NCBI GenBank assembly: GCA_964016885.1
Contig: OZ024740.1
Coordinates: forward strand, 21,080,001 to 21,144,000
Direction of reading: 5' to 3'
DNA from: Eledone cirrhosa
Lineage: Eukaryota
Length of the DNA: 64,000 nt
This document shows positions 59,571 to 64,000 of the stretch, piece by piece (positions within the stretch are counted from its first letter, which is position 1; each line of letters opens with the position of its first letter). Position numbers and translations under genes: made by a program. Under the pieces are notes generated by a model. It did not search any database, had not been told where the DNA came from, and saw nothing but the letters and a program-made list of their open reading frames with translations.

Positions 59571-60723
59571 ATGTACCATTCCTTCTTTCAATGTCATATT
59601 ATCAGACAGTATATCTTCGACTACAATAGACAATGTACCATTCCTACTTTCAATGTGATATTAACAGACAGTATATCTTGGACTACATTAGACAATGTAC
59701 CATTCCTTCTTTCAATGTGATATTATCAGACAGTATATCATGGACTACATTATACAATGTACCATTCCTTCTTTCAATGTTATATTATCAGACTGTATAT
59801 CTTGGACTACATTAGACAATATACCATTCCTTCTTTCAATGTGATATTATCAGACAGTATATCTTGGACTACATTAGACAATGTACCATTCCTTCTTTCA
59901 ATGTGATATTATCAGACAGTATACCTTGGACTGCATTAGACAATGTACCATTCCTTCGTTCAAGGTGATATTATCAGACAGTATATCTTGGACTACACTA
60001 GACAATGTACCATTCCTTCTTTCAAGGTGATATTATCAGACAGTATATCTTGGACTAAATTAGACAATGTACCAGTCCTTCTTTCAATGTCATATTATCA
60101 GACAGTATATCTTGGACTTCATTAGACAATATACCATTCCTTCTTTCAATGTGATATTATCAGACAGTATATCTTGGACTACATTAGACAATGTACCATT
60201 CCTTCTTTCAAGGTGATATTATCAGACAGTATATCTTGGACTACATTAGACAATGTACCATTCCTTCTTTCAATGTTATATTATCAGACAGTATATCTTG
60301 GACTACAATAGACAATGTACCATTCCTACTTTCAATGTGATATTATCAGACAGTATATCTTTGACTACATTAGACAATGTACCATTCCTTCTTTCAATGT
60401 GATATTATCAGACAGTATATCATGGACTACATTATACAATGTACCATTCCTTCTTTCAATGTTATATTATCAGACTGTATATCTTGGACTACATTAGACG
60501 ATATACCATTCCTTCTTTCAATGTGATATTATCAGACAGTATATCTTGGACTACATTAGACAATGTACCATTCCTTCTTTCAAGGTGATATTATCAGACA
60601 GTATATCTTGGACTACATTAGACAATGTACCATTTCTTCTTTCAAGTTGATATTATCAGACAGTATATCTTGGACTACATTAGACAATGTACCATTCCTT
60701 CTTTCAATGTGATATTATCAGAC

Positions 60724-60810
60724 TGCGTAATGTAGTCCAAGATATACTGTCTGATAATATCACATTGAAAGAAGGAATGGTACATTGTCTAATGTAGTCC
60801 AAGATATACT
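60724..60810 (-). repeat. 87-bp inverted segment #33 (TGCGT)
   Basis: Same breakpoints. Confidence 0.97.
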
Positions 60811-63800
60811 ATGTACCATTCCTTCTTTCAATGTCATATTATCAGACAGTATATCTTCGACTACAATAGACAATGTACCATTCCTACTTTCAATGTGATA
60901 TTAACAGACAGTATATCTTGGACTACATTAGACAATGTACCATTCCTTCTTTCAATGTGATATTATCAGACAGTATATCATGGACTACATTATACAATGT
61001 ACCATTCCTTCTTTCAATGTTATATTATCAGACTGTATATCTTGGACTACATTAGACAATATACCATTCCTTCTTTCAATGTGATATTATCAGACAGTAT
61101 ATCTTGGACTACATTAGACAATGTACCATTCCTTCTTTCAATGTGATATTATCAGACAGTATACCTTGGACTGCATTAGACAATGTACCATTCCTTCGTT
61201 CAAGGTGATATTATCAGACAGTATATCTTGGACTACACTAGACAATGTACCATTCCTTCTTTCAAGGTGATATTATCAGACAGTATATCTTGGACTAAAT
61301 TAGACAATGTACCAGTCCTTCTTTCAATGTCATATTATCAGACAGTATATCTTGGACTTCATTAGACAATATACCATTCCTTCTTTCAATGTGATATTAT
61401 CAGACAGTATATCTTGGACTACATTAGACAATGTACCATTCCTTCTCTCAAGGTGATATTATCAGACAGTATAACTTGGACTACATTAGACAATGTACCA
61501 TTCCTTCTTTCAATGTTATATTATCAGACAGTATATCTTGGACTACAATAGACAATGTACCATTCCTACTTTCAATGTGATATTATCAGACAGTATATCT
61601 TTGACTACATTAGACAATGTACCATTCCTTCTTTCAATGTGATATTATCAGACAGTATATCATGGACTACATTATACAATGTACCATTCCTTCTTTCAAT
61701 GTTATATTATCAGACTGTATATCTTGGACTACATTAGACAATATACCATTCCTTCTTTCAATGTGATATTATCAGACAGTATATCTTGGACTACATTAGA
61801 CAATGTACCATTCCTTCTTTCAAGGTGATATTATCAGACAGTATATCTTGGACTACATTAGACAATGTACCATTCCTTCTTTCAAGGTGATATTATCAGA
61901 CAGTATATCTTGGACTACATTAGACAATGTACTATTCCTTCTTTCAAGGTGATATTATCAGACAGTATATCTTGGACTACATTAGACAATGTACCATTCC
62001 TTCTTTCAATGTTATATTATCAGACAGTATATCTTCGACTACATTAGACAATATACCATTCCTTCTTTCAATGTGATATTATCAGACAGTATATCTTGGA
62101 CAACATTCGACAATGTACCATTCTTTCTTTCAAGGTGATATTATCAGACAGTATATCTTGGACTACAATAGACAATGTACCATTCCTACTTTCAATGTGA
62201 TATTAACAGACAGTATATCTTGGACAACATTAGACAATGTACCATTCCTTCTTTCAATGTGATATTATCAGACAGTATATCATGGACTACATTATACAAT
62301 GTACCATTCCTTCTTTCAATGTTATATTATCAGACTGTATATCTTGGACTACATTAGACAATATACCATTCCTTCTTTCAATGTGATATTATCAGACAGT
62401 ATATCTTGGACAACATTAGACAATGTACCATTCTTTCTTTCAAGGTGATATTATCAGACAGTATATCTTGGACTACAATAGACAATGTACCATTCCTACT
62501 TTCAATGTGATATTATCAGACAGTATATCTTTGACTACATTAGACAATGTACCATCACTTCTTTCAATGTGATATTATCAGACAGTATATCATGGACTAC
62601 ATTATACAATGTACCATTCCTTCTTTCTATGTTATATTATCAGACTGTATATCTTGGACTACATTAGACAATATACCATTCCTTCTTTCAATGTGATATT
62701 ATCAGACAGTATATCTTGGACTACATTAGACAATGTAGCATTCCTTCTTTCAATGTGATATTATCAGACAGTATATCTTGGACTACATTATACAATGTAC
62801 CATTCCTTCTTTCAATGTTATATTATCAGACTGTATATCTTGGACTACATTAGACAATATACCATTCCTTCTTTCAATGTGATATTATCAGACAGTATAT
62901 CTTGGACTACATTAGACAATGTATCGTTCCTTCTTTCAATGTGATATTATCAGACAGTATACCTTGGACAACATTAGACAATATACCATTCCTTCTTTCA
63001 ATGTGATATTATCAGACAGTATATATTGGACTACATTAGACAATGTACCATTCCTTCTTTCAAGGTGATATTATCAGACAGTATATCTTGGACTACATTA
63101 GACAATGTACCATTCCTTCTATCAAAGTGATATTATCAGACAGTATATCTTGGACTACATTAGACAATGTACCATTCCTTCTTTCAATGTTATATTATCA
63201 GACAGTATATCTTCGACTACATTAGACAATATACCATTCCTTCTTTCAATGTGATATTATCAGACAGTATATCTTGGACAACATTCGACAATGTACCATT
63301 CTTTCTTTCAAGGTGATATTATCAGACAGTATATCTTGGACTACAATAGACAATGTACCATTCCTACTTTCAATGTGATATTAACAGACAGTATATCTTG
63401 GACTACATTAGACAATGTACCATTGCTTCTTTCAATGTGATATTATCAGACAGTATATCTTGGACTACATTAGACAATGTACCATTCCTTCTTTCAATGT
63501 GATATTATCAGACAGTATATCATGGACTACATTATACAATGTACCATTCCTTCTTTCAATGTTATATTATCAGACTGTATATCTTGGACTACATTAGACA
63601 ATATACCATTCCTTCTTTCAATGTGATATTATCAGACAGTATATCTTGGACTACATTAGACAATGTACCATTCCTTCTTTCAATGTGATATTATCAGACA
63701 GTATATCTTGGACTACATTAGACAATGTACCATTCCTTCTTTCAATGGGATATTATCAGACAGTATATCTTGGACTACATTAGACAATGTACCATTTCTT

Positions 63801-63885
63801 CTTTCAAGTTGATATTATCAGACAGTATATCTTGGACTACATTAGACAATGTACCATTCCTTCTTTCAATGTGATATTATCAGAC

Positions 63886-63972
63886 TGCGTAATGTAGTCC
63901 AAGATATACTGTCTGATAATATCACATTGAAAGAAGGAATGGTACATTGTCTAATGTAGTCCAAGATATACT
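63886..63972 (-). repeat. 87-bp inverted segment #34 (TGCGT)
   Basis: Same breakpoints. Confidence 0.97.
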
Positions 63973-64000
63973 ATGTACCATTCCTTCTTTCAATGTCATA

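Larger units (their letters stand above)
59385..61870 (+). repeat. Two tandem copies of a 20-monomer (1,240 bp) unit
   Basis: Inversions 59484/60724 and ORF echoes 59633/60873, 59943/61183, 60315/61555. Shared ACCAGTCC variant. Confidence 0.9.
1..64000 (+). repeat. 62-bp tandem satellite array (about 1,030 monomers), extending beyond both window edges
   Basis: ATGTACC monomer starts at 54, 116, 178 ... 63973. 63973-54 = 1031x62-3, matching the five indels seen. Monomers typically differ from consensus at 0-3 positions. Confidence 0.99.

Noticed and set aside
54-63597. Over 100 near-identical 60-aa ORFs (MYHSFFQCDIIRQY...) and 70-122-aa variants
   Set aside because: They result from reading a 62-bp repeat through its three frames (186 bp). 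They open only when a variant at positions 24-25 removes the TGA, and they end at the fixed TAG. Longer ones come from TAG>TTG changes or the 1-bp indels. They overlap out of frame and have no recognisable domain or expression signals.
2509-63972. Inversions as sequencing or assembly fold-back artefacts
   Set aside because: Identical breakpoints, heritable internal variants that track the HOR duplications and a graded allele series are not expected from random chimeric reads. Raw-read confirmation is still advisable.
1-64000. CRISPR-like array (period about 62 bp, partial dyads)
   Set aside because: There are no unique spacers, since the entire unit is repeated, and no cas genes or leader.
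1-64000. Internal 31-bp half-repeat (62 = 2 x 31)
   Set aside because: The two halves of the consensus show no convincing alignment at a 31-bp offset.
1-64000. Variant pattern as an information-bearing code or DGR-type diversified cassette
   Set aside because: The variant order is explained by nested duplications and deletions. There is no adenine-specific mutagenesis, template/variable repeat pair or reverse transcriptase.

Overview
The whole 64-kb window is one AT-rich (consensus about 32% GC) head-to-tail satellite array of about 1,030 copies of a 62-bp monomer, consensus ATGTACCATTCCTTCTTTCAATGTGATATTATCAGACAGTATATCTTGGACTACATTAGACA. I find no credible gene, RNA gene, CRISPR array or transposon. 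All listed ORFs arise because 3 x 62 = 186 bp and single-base variants remove a TGA. The interesting content is architectural. (1) The same 87-bp in-place inversion (monomer positions 38-62 plus one full monomer) occurs 34 times, 10-51 monomers apart, and preserves the 62-bp register exactly. Each copy can fold into either of two alternative hairpins with an 87-bp stem and a 37-nt loop. (2) Higher-order repeats are nested: 62 bp, an old 5-mer (310 bp), 20-65-mer blocks and a 162-mer (10,044 bp) duplication. (3) The inversion junction alleles form a stepwise series (TGTCT, TGCCT, TGCGT) graded along the array. (4) Two linked point variants build an inverted repeat around the same 37-nt segment. 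(5) There are only five 1-bp net indels in 64 kb. This organisation resembles eukaryotic (peri)centromeric or heterochromatic satellite. I cannot name the family or organism from the sequence. All counts were made by eye.
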